This document shows, in pieces, positions 1 through 10,993 of a DNA stretch of 64,000 bases. This stretch comes from Nitrospirota bacterium. GTDB taxonomy: Bacteria > Nitrospirota > UBA9217. Below the pieces are notes generated by a model that saw only the letters and a program-made list of their open reading frames with translations, ran no database searches and was not told the origin of the DNA. Numbering within the stretch: position 1 is the stretch's first letter; every line of letters starts with the position of its first letter. The DNA lies in NCBI GenBank assembly GCA_963818475.1, contig CAWFSF010000006.1:2176001-2240000 (forward strand), given 5' to 3'. Made by a program: the position numbers and the translations under genes.

Positions 1-317
1 GCGGAAGCCATCATTCCCATCTCCGGCGTGCGGATCTCTCCTGTCACATCGATGGCATCGACAATGATGCGGAGGTCGTTCTGGTCCGTGTCCGTCCTGA
101 TCGTGACCTCCGTGCGGGCGCACAGTCCGGATAGCCCCTCCTCATCAGCAGCAGCGATCCCGTCGCGCTTCGCCTTCCAGCCGATTGCGCGGTACATGGC
201 GCCAGTGTCAATATACGTGTACCCCAGTCGCTGCGCCAGCAGCCGCGCGACGGTGCTTTTTCCCGCGCCCGACGGTCCGTCGATCGCGATGACCAGGTCT
301 TTTTTTTGTCCCTGCAT
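1..317 (-). CDS. cmk: Cytidylate kinase (5' part; runs off window)
   Basis: Manual translation from ATG 317: [44 protein letters not shown] (P-loop plus DTGAMYR); follows aroA. Confidence 0.95.
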   Translation of the reverse strand, partial: MQGQKKDLVIAIDGPSGAGKSTVARLLAQRLGYTYIDTGAMYRAIGWKAKRDGIAAADEEGLSGLCARTEVTIRTDTDQNDLRIIVDAIDVTGEIRTPEMGMMAS

Positions 318-373
318 ATCACTCGTGCCGGCGTCGTACACTTCTGCGCCGGCCGCCGCAGCCGCTCCCTGTC

Positions 374-1652
374 CTACGGTTTACCGGCGGCGGCATCCTT
401 TTCGCTGAGTTTTTTGTATGCCTCGGCCAGCCGCTCGAATTCACTCCTGGTCATGGGTGTTTTCAACATCTCGGTTATGGGTGCAACGCCCCGCTGATCG
501 CCGAGCTTCGCAAAAGCCGTTCCTAATGCCCCTTCCAGGCCCATCCGCTTGGCCGGATCGTTCGCGATCACGAGAAGCGGCTCCAGCGCTCTGGTGTCCC
601 GTGACTCTCCCAGTGCCAGGATGATGGTCCGCTTATCCCGATTGCCCGGGGCTTCAAGAAATTTCAGCAGTTCGTCCACGGCCCGCGGATCACGGGTGGT
701 CCCCAGTATCTCAACGGCCGTATTCGAGACACTCACATCCGTACCCTGGGCAAGGCTGATCAGCGTACTGACCGGCTTCCAGTCGGCGTCGGCAATGGAG
801 CGGATCACCGCGGACACCCGTATCATATCGAGCTTGGTCAGTGCTTCAGAAAGCGGTTTTGCCGTATCCGCCTCCTGGAAGAAGGACAAGGCTCGCGCTG
901 AAGAGACCCTGATCTTCTCATCCGGATCAAGCACACCGTGCATGAGTGCGGGAATAGAAATTACATCCTGCAGAACGCCGATGGCGAGCGCTGCTTCGCC
1001 GCACACTTCAGGCTTATCCAGGTCGTTATGGTACGAGAATCGGAAAAAGTCAAGGGCGCTGGGATCCTTCAGGTCGGAGAGCTTTCTCATGGCTTCGGTT
1101 CGCACCGAAAGATCGTTCTGCAGATTTGCCGCTGCAAATGCCAGCGCCCCCCCACCCGGGGTCTTGATCTTTTGTACGGCGGCGGTCATGTTTTTCAGCT
1201 CGTCCCAGTGCGTCAATCCCACTGCAGCCCGTGCCGATCCTGGCCGGCGCCGGCATGACGGTGATCGTTACGGAACGGGGGGGAAGCGGCGGCCTCCGGA
1301 ATCCGGACGGTTTGTCATCTTTGACATTGACCTCGAAGGTATTGTCCTTTTTGAGCTTCACAAAACAGGCGATAGCGCCGAAGCCGTACCGGTCCTCCCG
1401 GAGGATCTTTTCACCGTTCACCGTGAGCTCGAGCGAGTCGGTCCGTCCGGCAGCCGACTCACCGTTCTGGATCTTGATGAGATACAGGTCTTCTGATGCC
1501 TGAAAGGTCCGCGTATACTTATTCTGTTTGCCGTAGCGCTCCTTGACATCGAACACCTCCGGGCCGAAGATGTCCTTTTCAGCAGCCATCGCGGTCAACG
1601 AACAGAACAGGGTCATTGCGAGCACCCATGCCGCCGATTTCATTTTTACCAT
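374..1652 (-). CDS. Exported HEAT-repeat protein (frameshift near 1230)
   Basis: ORF 1050..1652 gives a signal peptide and beta-rich domain; ORF 374..1222 gives PBS-lyase-type HEAT repeats ([15 protein letters not shown]). Confidence 0.7.
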
Positions 1653-1663
1653 GTTCTATCTCC

Positions 1664-2972
1664 TTACGCTTTCAATATGCCGTGCTGCTGCAGCAGCTGC
1701 CCGAAACCCGGGAACGACGTTTCGATCCAGGCCGTATCCTGCACCACGGTCTCGCCGCGCGCGGCCAGTCCGGCCACCGCAAGGGACATGGCGACCCGGT
1801 GATCGCCGTGGCTTTCGCAGAGCGACCCGGTCAGCGCATCGCTGCCACGGATCTCCATCCCGTCGGGACGCTCGGTGACCGCAGCACCGAGCTTTTTCAG
1901 CTCGTTCGCCATGGTCGCGATCCGGTCCGATTCTTTTACCCTGAGCTCGGCCGCATCCCGTATGATCGTGGTGCCGACGGCATAGGACGCGGCCACGGCC
2001 AGGATCGGGATCTCGTCAATGGCCCGGGGGACCAGATCGCCGGAAATCTCGACGGCGTGAAGTTTTCGATAACGTACGCGAATATCGGCCACCGGCTCAC
2101 CGGCCTGCTCTCTCCGGTTTTCGAGCGCAAGGTCGGCTCCCATGGCCAGCAAGATATCGACGATGCCGGTGCGCGTGACGTTCACGCCCACATTCCGCAC
2201 CACGAGATCCGACCCCGGCACGATCGACGCTGCCACCAGAAAGAACGCGGCTGACGAGATGTCGGCCGGGATGTCGAGCGTGCCCGTTGTTGTAAGCCGC
2301 TGCCTGCCCCGAAGCGTGACCCGGAGCCCCTCTTCCCGCACGTCGACGCCGAAGGACCTGAGCATCCGCTCTGTATGGTCCCGGGATTTTGACGGTTCGC
2401 TCACGGAGGTGTCGCCGTCCGCATAGAGGCCGCAGAGCAGGACCGCCGATTTTACCTGCGCGCTCGCCACGGGGCTCGTATAGTCCAGTGCTTTGATCCT
2501 TCCCGCGCGCTCCGCGGATCGCCAGGGGCGCCAGCTTCCCATTTGCGCGGCCGTCGATCGCTGCCCCCATGAGGCGGAGCGGTTCAACGATCCTGCCCAT
2601 GGGGCGTTTGGTCAGGTACTGATCGCCGGTCAGCACCGAGAAAAAATCCTGGCCCGCAAGCAGGCCGGCAAGGAGGCGCATGCCCGTTCCGGAGTTGCCG
2701 AGGTCGAGCACGCCAACAGGCTCAGACAGTCCGTCCAGGCCCTTCCCGTGGACCACCAGACGGCTCGAGCCGATCCCCTCGACGGGAATGCCGAGCATCT
2801 GAACCGCCCGCGCCGTATGCTGAGTGTCCTCCCCGGTCAGGAACCCGGTGATCTCGGTCGTACCGTCGGCAAGCGCTGCGAACAGGACCGAGCGGTGCGA
2901 TATCGATTTGTCTCCCGGCAGCGTGATCTCGCCCTTCAGGCCGTGCGACGGGTATACTCTGAGATCAGACAC
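1664..2972 (-). CDS. aroA: EPSP synthase (frameshift near 2500)
   Basis: PGDKSISHR, LGNSGT, SAQVKSA, RDHTE, KESDRI and DHRVAM motifs split across two ORFs. Confidence 0.95.
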
Positions 2973-3835
2973 TAGCCCAGCCTCTTTCTGACGTCGCTCG
3001 AAGTTCGCAGGTGTTTTTCCAGACGGGGTTCATCTCCGGCAATGATCTCTCGTTTGAACTTGTTCAGCGAGAAGATATACCGGTCGATCATCGTGATGAG
3101 GTGGTCGCGGTTCATGAGACAGATATCCTTCCACATTTCCGGAGAGCTTGCCGCAATGCGGGTGAAATCACGAAAACCCGCGCCGGAGAACTGGAGGTAA
3201 TCCTCGGTCCCGGTGTTCAATTCCGCCACAGCGCACATCATGGCGAACGCCGCGACATGCGGGAGATGGCTCACCGCGGCAAAGACCTTGTCATGCAGGT
3301 CTGCGTCCATGACGACCACGTCCGCTCCCGCCGCGGTCCACAGGTCGCGCACGGCCTCCAGCGCCTTCCGGTCCGTGCGTTCCGTCGGAGTAAGGATGCA
3401 CCGACGGCCCTGGAACAGGGTCTCAATGGACTCGGCGACGCCGGACTTCTCCCTGCCGGCGATCGGATGGGCCGGGACATAATGGGCGCCAGGGGCGAGG
3501 TTTTCCTCGATGTCCTTGATGAGCTGCCCCTTGACGCTCCCGACATCGGTAAGGATCGCGCCGGGTTTTAGATGAGGCCCTATCTCGCGCACGATCTGCT
3601 TGAACGTTCCAACGGGCGAAGCGAGCACCACGAGATCGGCGTCCTCAACAGCCTGCGCAGAGCCCTGGCCCATGCGGTCGATCACGCCGATTTTGATCGC
3701 CGTCTCAAGCGTGCTCCTGTTCCTGCCCGCTCCCGTGATGCTGCCGGCAAGGCCTTTGAGCTTCATGACCCTGGCCAGCGATCCGCCGATAAGGCCTACG
3801 CCGATGATCGTTACCTTATTGAAGTGAATTGACAT
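2972..3835 (-). CDS. tyrA: Prephenate/cyclohexadienyl dehydrogenase
   Basis: GVGLIGGS, DVGSVK, HPIAG, SHLPH, GFRDFTRIA motifs. Confidence 0.93.
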   Translation of the reverse strand: MSIHFNKVTIIGVGLIGGSLARVMKLKGLAGSITGAGRNRSTLETAIKIGVIDRMGQGSAQAVEDADLVVLASPVGTFKQIVREIGPHLKPGAILTDVGSVKGQLIKDIEENLAPGAHYVPAHPIAGREKSGVAESIETLFQGRRCILTPTERTDRKALEAVRDLWTAAGADVVVMDADLHDKVFAAVSHLPHVAAFAMMCAVAELNTGTEDYLQFSGAGFRDFTRIAASSPEMWKDICLMNRDHLITMIDRYIFSLNKFKREIIAGDEPRLEKHLRTSSDVRKRLG

Positions 3836-3901
3836 GGGTTGTTTTTATGGTACGGCTGTAAGCGCATTTTGATGAACTCGCTCTAAGTCGCGTGATGGTA
3901 T

Positions 3902-4978
3902 CTATGCCTTTAGAATTGCTTCCAGCTCGGTCATGAACCGTTTGTTCTCTTCGGGCAGGCCGATCGTGACCCGGAGCCTGTTGCCGCCCATGGCTCTGAT
4001 GATCACGCCTTTCTTGAGAAGGCTGTTGTACACCTCACGGCCGTCGCGGCTGGTCTCGAACATGACAAAGTTCGTCTCCGTCGGGAAATAGGTTATGCCG
4101 AACTGGTCGAAGGATTGGCAGATAAAGCGCTTCCCTTCGATATTGTTCGCAACGGATTTTTCCACATGCTTGCGGTCCGCCAGGGCGGCCAGGGCGCCGA
4201 CCTGTGCCAGCGAATTCGTATTAAAGGGTTGCCGCACTTTGTTCATCAGTTCGGCGATCGCAGCGGTCGTGATGCCGTAGCCGATGCGCAGCCCTGCAAG
4301 GCCGTAGATCTTGGAGAAGGTCCGGAGCGCGAGCACATTCTTGTCAGCATGCAAATAGTCCAGGGAATCGGGATAATCAGCGTGCGTCACATATTCATAG
4401 TAGGCTTCGTCCACAGCCACCAGAACATGGTCCGGTACACGGGCCATGAACCGGTCCATTTCGATCTTCGTATTCATCGTGCCCGTCGGATTGTTCGGAT
4501 TGGCGATGAACACGATCCTGGTCTTATCCGTGATCCGTTCAGCCATGGCATCGAGGTCGTGCCGCCCATCCTTGAACGGCACGATAACATTCTTTCCGCC
4601 CGCCGCCTGGGTGACCATCTTATACACCACGAAGGACGGATCAGCCGAGATCACTTCATCCCCGGGCTGGACAAAGGTACGCACCACAAGCTCAAGGATT
4701 TCGTTCGAGCCATTGCCCAGGATGATCTGGGCGAGGTCGACATCATAATACTTGGCAAGCGCCTGGGAGAGATAAAAACCGCTGCCGTCAGGATATCGGT
4801 TCAATCCTTCCAATGCCTTTTTGACCGCCGCAACCGCCTTGGGCGACGGACCGAGGGGATTCTCGTTCGATGCCAGCTTGATGCTCCCGCTGATGCCAAG
4901 CTCCCGTTCGAGCTCTTCGATCGGCTTCCCCGGCACATAGGGTGTGATGCTTGTTATGTTTTCGGAAACAGGTATCAT
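3902..4978 (-). CDS. hisC: Histidinol-phosphate aminotransferase
   Basis: KLASNENP, NPNNPTG, DEAY, RTFSKIYGLAGLRIGY. Confidence 0.95.
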   Translation of the reverse strand: MIPVSENITSITPYVPGKPIEELERELGISGSIKLASNENPLGPSPKAVAAVKKALEGLNRYPDGSGFYLSQALAKYYDVDLAQIILGNGSNEILELVVRTFVQPGDEVISADPSFVVYKMVTQAAGGKNVIVPFKDGRHDLDAMAERITDKTRIVFIANPNNPTGTMNTKIEMDRFMARVPDHVLVAVDEAYYEYVTHADYPDSLDYLHADKNVLALRTFSKIYGLAGLRIGYGITTAAIAELMNKVRQPFNTNSLAQVGALAALADRKHVEKSVANNIEGKRFICQSFDQFGITYFPTETNFVMFETSRDGREVYNSLLKKGVIIRAMGGNRLRVTIGLPEENKRFMTELEAILKA

Positions 4979-4999
4979 TATCGAACTCCGTTCTTCTAT

Positions 5000-5079
5000 T
5001 GCGGATTTCGGATTGCGGATTTCGGATTAAAATCTTTTGACCCGAAAAATCCGCAATCCGAAATCCGCAATCCGAAATA
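5000..5079. repeat. Heptamer-based palindromic intergenic repeat (CGGATTT/CGGATTG ... AATCCGC/AATCCGA)
   Basis: Tandem heptamers followed by their inverse; related units near 31235, 45515, 50160, 53505 and 54675. Confidence 0.8.
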
Positions 5080-5083
5080 GTAA

Positions 5084-6157
5084 TTACCCGCTTTTCGGAT
5101 ACGATCCAAGTACCTTCAGGAACATGCAGTCCTGCCGCAAACGCTCGATCGCTGCCGCGACCTTCTCGTCTTCGATATGACCTTCCATGTCGACGAAGAA
5201 CACATAATCCCAGGCGTTCCGTCCTGAAGGACGGGCATCGAGCCGGTTCAGATTGATGCCTGCTGCGGCAAAGGGTGCGAGCATGGAATAGAGAGCCCCG
5301 ACCTTATCCTTGATCGAGAACATGATCGACGTCTTGTCGCGGCCGGTCTTGCCCGGCGATTTCGGGGCAATGACGAGAAACCGGGTGATATTCGTGGTGT
5401 TGTCCTCGATCTTTTTCCCTGCAATCTGAAGCCCGTACAGCACAGCGGCCATTTCACTGGCGATAGCCCCGACCGTATGGTCGTCAGCCGCCATTTCCGC
5501 GGCCCGGGCGGTACTCGGCGCTTCAAGGACCGGTACGCTGGGAAGGTTCTTCTCAAGCCACTGCCGGCACTGTGCGGCTGCGGGTGGGATCGTATAGATT
5601 TTGACGATATCCTCAAGTTTTCCGGATTTGTTCATGAGGTGCTGAGAAACCTCAAGTACGATCTCCGCCGATATCTTGAGATCTGAATCGATGAACATAT
5701 CATGGCTATAGATAACAGCCCCGGACGTGGTATTCTCGATGGGCACGACGCCGTAGTCAGCCCGGCCCCGTTCAACTTCCGTAAAAACGTCCTTAATGCT
5801 TTCCACTGACAGGTACTGTGCAGCCAGTCCGAACTGCTGCATCCCTGCCATGTGCGTAAAGGTCGCGCGCGGGCCGAGGTAAGCGACTTTCAGGGGACGT
5901 TCCAGGGACAAGGAGGACGACAGGATCTCGCGGTACACTGCCCGAAGGGTATCCTGGGGCAAAGGACCCTTGTTCCGGCTGGTCAAACGTTCGAGGATCT
6001 CCCGTTCCCTGCCGGGAACATGAAAATCAAGTTTTTCTGTCTTCTTGATATTGCCGACCTCAATGACGATCCGTGCGCGTTCGTTCAGGAGGTCGATCAG
6101 TTTATTATCGAGCTCGTCAATCTTTTTTCGGAGCTCCAGGATCTTTTGCATAGGCAT
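5084..6157 (-). CDS. pheA: Chorismate mutase/prephenate dehydratase
   Basis: N-terminal CM (LRKKIDELD), AYLGP, GVVPIEN, TRFLVI, ACT domain, LGSYP. Confidence 0.96.
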   Translation of the reverse strand: MPMQKILELRKKIDELDNKLIDLLNERARIVIEVGNIKKTEKLDFHVPGREREILERLTSRNKGPLPQDTLRAVYREILSSSLSLERPLKVAYLGPRATFTHMAGMQQFGLAAQYLSVESIKDVFTEVERGRADYGVVPIENTTSGAVIYSHDMFIDSDLKISAEIVLEVSQHLMNKSGKLEDIVKIYTIPPAAAQCRQWLEKNLPSVPVLEAPSTARAAEMAADDHTVGAIASEMAAVLYGLQIAGKKIEDNTTNITRFLVIAPKSPGKTGRDKTSIMFSIKDKVGALYSMLAPFAAAGINLNRLDARPSGRNAWDYVFFVDMEGHIEDEKVAAAIERLRQDCMFLKVLGSYPKSG

Positions 6158-6225
6158 GGACCATAACCCACCTTTGAGGAAGTGTGGAATTATAGTTTAT
6201 TTTTTAAGCAGTTGCAAGGGATTTT

Positions 6226-7033
6226 TCAGATCCGGCCGTGGTCTGATTTGCGGCAGGGAGAAACACGCGACGCCGCTTCAGGCAGCGTCTCCCTGGAGAG
6301 CAGGTGCCTGTGTTCGACGTCGCCAAGCGCGGCCAGGAGGCTGGCCTTGATCCCGGGCTGCTCGCGCTCCAGGGTGGAGAGAAGGTGTTTGATCCGGGAG
6401 CGCTTCAGGTCCTGGTCGCCGCAGGCGGGGCAGGCGCAGCAGGTAATGGGAAAACCCGCCCCTGAGGCGTAGCGAATGATCTCATCCTCGGGCACGTACA
6501 CCAGCGGCCGGATCACGATATTACGGCCGTCGTCTGCGGCGAGCAGCGGCGACATGGCCTTTATTTTGCCGTTGTAGAACTGGTTCAGCAGCAGCGTCTC
6601 GATAAAGTCTTCACGGTGGTGCCCAAGGGCGATCCTGGTGCAGTCGAGCTCCCGGGCCTGGGTATAGAGCACGCCGCGCTTGATGCGGGCGCAGAGCGAA
6701 CAGGGGGTATCGTCGGGCCCCAGTTTTTCGAGCATCAGTTCGTGGACCGGCGCCTGCACGATCCGATAGTCGTACCCCTGCTCCTGGAGATAGGCCTCCA
6801 TGAGGCTGGTCTGGAATCCCGGGAATCCGGGATGGACCGTGACCGCAACAATGCGAAAAACTGATCGGAGCCCGCTCCTGAAGCCGCGTAAGGACGCGCA
6901 GCAGGGTCCAGCTGTCCTTGCCGCCCGACAGGGCAACGAGGATCCGGTCATTGTTCTGTATGAGCCCGAAATCGCCGATGGCCTTGCCGACAAGCTTCCG
7001 GATACGGACTTCTCGGTAATCAGTTTTGCCCAT
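6226..7033 (-). CDS. ttcA: tRNA 2-thiocytidine biosynthesis protein (frameshifted)
   Basis: SGGKDS PP-loop, CSLCARIKRG, GHHRED, CPAC split across two ORFs. Confidence 0.9.
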
Positions 7034-7078
7034 GGACAAATCCTACGGAGTGGCGGTCAATAAGTCAATACCTTTATC

Positions 7079-7249
7079 CTAACCCGGACAAGCCGGAACC
7101 AAAAAGCCTTTTCACCACGAAGGGCACGAAGATCACGAAAAAGTTGAAAAAGACAAAATCAAAATATTGATTTTAACTTCGCGCGCTTCGTGTTCTTCGT
7201 GGTAAACTTTCTTGCCATTTTGAGAAAAATTTTATTCTTTAGTTACTAA
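7079..7249 (+). mobile_element. MITE-like element, copy 1 (CTAA-bounded)
   Basis: CTAACCCGGACAAGCCGGAACCAAAA ... CACGAAG palindrome ... TTACTAA; homologous inverted copy at 46432..46608. Confidence 0.75.
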
Positions 7250-7305
7250 AAGGACAGTTGGCCGCAGATATACGCAGATTTTCTCAGATAAAATCGATCG
7301 CATAT

Positions 7306-7339
7306 AAAAAAGGCCCCGGAGAAATCTCCAGGGCCTTTT
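7306..7339 (-). terminator. Intrinsic terminator
   Basis: AAAAAAGGCCCCGGAGAAATCTCCAGGGCCTTTT hairpin with T-tracts, downstream of 7360..7749. Confidence 0.8.
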
Positions 7340-7359
7340 AAGAAAGATCGGGATCGGGT

Positions 7360-7749
7360 TTATCTTTTTTTCTTCGCCTTTTTCGAGGCTTTTTTCACGG
7401 CTTTCTTCGCGGCCTTTTTCTTCGCTGATTTCTTCACGGCTTTTTTAGCAGCCTTTTTTGCTGCTTTTTTCTTGGCAGGTTTTTTTGCCGCTTTTTTTGC
7501 TGCTTTCTTCACCGCTTTTTTTACTGCTTTCTTTTTGGCCGGTTTCTTTGCAGCCTTTTTCGCTGGTTTCTTCATGGCAGGCTTCTTCGGTGCTGCAGCC
7601 GGAACACCAAACTGCTCAGGCGCCTTCACGCTGGCGGCCTCCATGCCGCAGCAGTATATCGGCTCCTCGAACACATCGCCGGTCCTCGTTACATCGATCC
7701 TTCTGCCGCAGATCCTGCACTCATACTGCATAATCTTTTCGATACCCAT
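7360..7749 (-). CDS. Desulforedoxin-like CxxC...CC domain fused to Lys/Ala-rich histone H1-like tail
   Basis: YECRICG...IYCCG then KKAA/KKPA/KKAV repeats; RBS AAGGAGG before ATG 7749. Confidence 0.8.
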   Translation of the reverse strand: MGIEKIMQYECRICGRRIDVTRTGDVFEEPIYCCGMEAASVKAPEQFGVPAAAPKKPAMKKPAKKAAKKPAKKKAVKKAVKKAAKKAAKKPAKKKAAKKAAKKAVKKSAKKKAAKKAVKKASKKAKKKR

Positions 7750-7932
7750 TCGCATTCTCCTCCTTGGTAAGCTGATGACCCGCCGATGCGGGTGTGGTCA
7801 CTGATCAATGACGATAGCTTCGTGAGAATACTCGGAGAACCGCGCGTTCATGCAGTCTGCGCTTAATGTTACTTTAGAATCATATTTATAAAATGTCAAG
7901 AAATATGTCGTTTTTAGCGGTCTTTCGTGCGC

Positions 7933-8124
7933 CTACGACCACAGCCTCGGCTGTTTTTTGTTCGCCATGACCATGGCGCTCTTGATTCTGTCCGCCTGAT
8001 GCACTTCCCATATCTGCTCCATCCCCTCGATGGCGGAAAAGAGCGCCTCATCGGTTACTGCTCCGTCCCATTCCCTGGTTTCGGCCAGCCGGTACAGTTC
8101 CAGGATCACGTCATCGAGTTTCAT
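7933..8124 (-). CDS. Small hypothetical protein
   Basis: 63-aa ORF with AAGGAG RBS. Confidence 0.55.
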   Translation of the reverse strand: MKLDDVILELYRLAETREWDGAVTDEALFSAIEGMEQIWEVHQADRIKSAMVMANKKQPRLWS

Positions 8125-8190
8125 AATATATCTCCTTTACATACAATAGGTTAAGACATGTTTCCTTGCACGGCGATGCCGCTCCAGGTG

Positions 8191-8220
8191 AAAAAAAACC
8201 GGGAGAAAACCCTCCCGGCT
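8191..8220 (-). terminator. Intrinsic terminator downstream of nrdJ
   Basis: CCGGGAG-AAAACC-CTCCCGG hairpin, followed by T8 on the minus strand. Confidence 0.7.
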
Positions 8221-8325
8221 GATATATCATGCGTATGGCCTTTTCAAACTACGATACAGGGAGAGATCGTTCAAGAATGCCTCCGGACCATTTTGGGAAT
8301 GTATCGTACACTCCGCATTACGATG

Positions 8326-10689
8326 CTACCCGCACTTGGAGAATCCGCAGCCACGGCAAAAGGCGCAGCCCTCGCCGAACTCCAGAAGTCCACCGCAGTC
8401 CGGGCACTCCGGGCAGATGCCGAGATGGTTCTTGCCGTCTCCTGCTCCTGCGCCGCAGTCCGTAGACGCATAGCCCACGTTCTGCTGGGCCGCGGACTTG
8501 GGCTTCGGCATATGCCTCTGGCCGGCGTCCTTGGTGTAGCGCTCCAGTGCCCGGCCGATGGCATCGGGGCAGGACAGGATGGAGCCGCCCTCGACCCAGG
8601 CCGGCGACGGGCAACGGATGCCCTTCACCTGCTTGATGATCGAATCGATGGAAACGCCTGACCGAAGGGCCAGCGATACCAGACGCGAGACCGCCTCGGA
8701 CTGGCTGGCAGCGCACCCGCCGGATTTGCCCATGGTCGAGAAGACCTCGCAAATGCCCTCGTCGTCCTCGTTGATCGTGATATAGAGGTTGCCGCAGCCC
8801 GTGGGAAGCTTTTGCGTGACGCCCTTGGTAAGGGCCGGCCGGTGGCGCGGCTTCTTTTCCTCGGCCAGTTCGGGCGAGGCGGAGGCGACCGTGACCGGGT
8901 GGGCAGCTGCAGCGGCTGCTGCCGCCTTGCGTGCCTTGTCCGTGGCGCCGGTGGAGAGCACCTGCTCGTCGCGCGAACCGTCGCGGTAGATGGTCACGCC
9001 CTTGCAGCCCAGTTTGTAGGCCATCATGTACACATTCTTCACATCGTCCTGGGTCGCGCTGTGCGGGAAGTTCACCGTCTTGGACACGGCGTTGTCGGTG
9101 TATTTCTGGAACCCACCCTGCATGCGGATATGCCAGTCGGGGGTGATATCGTGGGACGTGACGAACACGCGCTGCACGTCCTCGGGCACGGTCTTGATGC
9201 CGGTGCAGCCGCCGTGCTCGGCGATCTCCTTCATCAGGGCGTCGGAATGGAAGCCCCGCGCCTTGGCGACCCGCTCGAAGATGGGGTTCACTTCGACCAG
9301 TTCGGCCCCGTCCATGACCCTGCGGATGTAGGAAAGCGCGAAGATCGGTTCGATGCCGCTGGAGCAGCCGGCAATGATGGACAGCGTGCCCGTGGGCGCG
9401 ATGGTCGTCACCGTGGCGTTCCGCACCGGCGCCATGCCGGGTTTGTCGTAGATGCTCCCCTTGAAGTTCGGGAAGGGGCCGCGGTCCCGGGCAAGCTCCT
9501 CGCTCATTTTCCGGCCTTCGTCGGTAACGAACTGCATGACCTGCTCGCCGAGCTTCACGGCCTCGTCGGAATTGTAGGGAATGCCCATCTCGAGCAGCAT
9601 GTCGGCAAAGCCCATGACGCCCAGGCCGATCTTGCGGTTGGAGCGGGTCATCTTGTCGATCTTGTCGATGGGATAGCGGTTCACGTCGATGACGTTGTCG
9701 AGGAAATGGACGCCCTGCTGCACCGTGTGGCGCAGTTTGTCGAAATCCACGGCCTTGCCGTGGGGCGCCAGCATCTTCGCCAGGTTGACCGACGCCAGGT
9801 TGCAGGACTCGTAGGGAAGCAGCGGCTGCTCGCCGCAGGGGTTGGTGGACTCCATTTTGCCGATGTGCGGCGTGGGGTTGTACTGGTTGATGCGGTCCAT
9901 GAAGATGATGCCGGGGTCGCCGTTCTTCCAGGCCATGTTCACCACGGTCTCGAAGACGCGGCGGGCGCTTAAGGTGCGCACCACGTCGCGGTTCCGGGGC
10001 GACACGAGGTCGTAGTCCGTGTCCTGCTCCACGGCATCCATGAAGGTGTCGGTGATGGCAACGGAGATATTGAAGTTATTGAGCCGGTCGTTCTGCTGCT
10101 TGCAGGTCACGAAATCGAGCACGTCCGGGTGGTCCACCGACAGGATGCCCATGTTGGCGCCGCGGCGCGTGCCGCCCTGCTTCACCGTTTCCGTGGCCGC
10201 GTCGAAGACGGTCATGAACGAGATCGGGCCGGACGAGACGCCCTTGGTGGACTTGACCACGTCGTTCTTGGGCCGGATGCGCGAGAAGGAGAAGCCGGTG
10301 CCGCCGCCGGACTTGTGGATCAGCGCCGCCTGCTTCACGGAGTCGAAGATCTCCTCCATGGAGTCGCCCACGGGCAGCACAAAACAGGCCGAGAGCTGGC
10401 CCAGTTCGCGGCCCGCGTTCATGAGCGTCGGGCTGTTCGGCAGGAACTCCAGCGAGGTCATGAGCCGGTAGAACTCGGCCGCGGTCTGCTCGACCTCGGC
10501 ATCGGACTTGCCGTAGGCCCGGTCGGCATCGGCAATGGTCCTGGCCACGCGCGTGAACATGTCCACGGCTGTTTCGACCACGGTCCCGTCCTCGTTCCGC
10601 TTAAGATACCGTTTTTCAAGAACCTTAAGGCAGTTCTCGGACAGATTCAGACCCGTGCCGGATGCTGAAGCAGATGCCGCGCTCTTCAT
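8326..10689 (-). CDS. nrdJ: Vitamin B12-dependent (class II) ribonucleotide reductase with C-terminal TSCPD/Zn-ribbon
   Basis: [40 protein letters not shown]-terminal CxxC pairs; RBS GGAGG before ATG 10689. Confidence 0.95.
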   Translation of the reverse strand: MKSAASASASGTGLNLSENCLKVLEKRYLKRNEDGTVVETAVDMFTRVARTIADADRAYGKSDAEVEQTAAEFYRLMTSLEFLPNSPTLMNAGRELGQLSACFVLPVGDSMEEIFDSVKQAALIHKSGGGTGFSFSRIRPKNDVVKSTKGVSSGPISFMTVFDAATETVKQGGTRRGANMGILSVDHPDVLDFVTCKQQNDRLNNFNISVAITDTFMDAVEQDTDYDLVSPRNRDVVRTLSARRVFETVVNMAWKNGDPGIIFMDRINQYNPTPHIGKMESTNPCGEQPLLPYESCNLASVNLAKMLAPHGKAVDFDKLRHTVQQGVHFLDNVIDVNRYPIDKIDKMTRSNRKIGLGVMGFADMLLEMGIPYNSDEAVKLGEQVMQFVTDEGRKMSEELARDRGPFPNFKGSIYDKPGMAPVRNATVTTIAPTGTLSIIAGCSSGIEPIFALSYIRRVMDGAELVEVNPIFERVAKARGFHSDALMKEIAEHGGCTGIKTVPEDVQRVFVTSHDITPDWHIRMQGGFQKYTDNAVSKTVNFPHSATQDDVKNVYMMAYKLGCKGVTIYRDGSRDEQVLSTGATDKARKAAAAAAAAHPVTVASASPELAEEKKPRHRPALTKGVTQKLPTGCGNLYITINEDDEGICEVFSTMGKSGGCAASQSEAVSRLVSLALRSGVSIDSIIKQVKGIRCPSPAWVEGGSILSCPDAIGRALERYTKDAGQRHMPKPKSAAQQNVGYASTDCGAGAGDGKNHLGICPECPDCGGLLEFGEGCAFCRGCGFSKCG

Positions 10690-10939
10690 AGATTTCCTCC
10701 CTGGAATAAAAATTATAAATACAAATAAATGCGGGGCGACCTTATGACCGCCCCGCATTATATTACAACTTGTCCGATTGACTTGCCAAAATAAAACAGT
10801 TTTTTAGCGAGATGCTCATATGGCCCTGCCGTGATGTGTTTTTCCTGGGTGCAGCCTATTACTGTTGTATTTGAGGTGAAGCTGGAAGAAGAAAAATTCA
10901 ATAGAAATTATTCTACTAGCTAGCGCAAAACTCGTATGG

Positions 10940-10993
10940 AGTATAACACAACATCTTGTGTTGTCAAGGCGATTTTTATACAACATATAGTCA
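10940..10993 (-). promoter_or_regulatory. sigma70 promoter with two tandem NrdR boxes
   Basis: TTGACA (10962-67), 16-bp spacer, TATACT (10940-45); boxes ACACAACATCTTGTGT (10946-61) and ATACAACATATAGTCA (10978-93), 32 bp apart. Confidence 0.85.

Noticed and set aside
5000-5079. Possible CRISPR array
   Set aside because: Heptamer repeats without unique spacers; no cas genes or regular repeat-spacer period anywhere in the window.
7370-7590. Tandem DNA repeat
   Set aside because: Explained by the Lys/Ala-rich coding sequence. The CAT-rich tracts near 56.7 and 61.5 kb are likewise Met-rich coding sequence.
8812-9972. Long plus-strand ORFs opposite real genes (also 549..1496, 23065..24408, 28744..29724, 31221..32237, 52377..53366, 59780..60883)
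   Set aside because: Antisense shadows caused by GC-rich codon bias; no motifs.
10760-10935. Cobalamin riboswitch upstream of nrdJ
   Set aside because: No recognisable B12-box or GGGAA/GCCACTG core.
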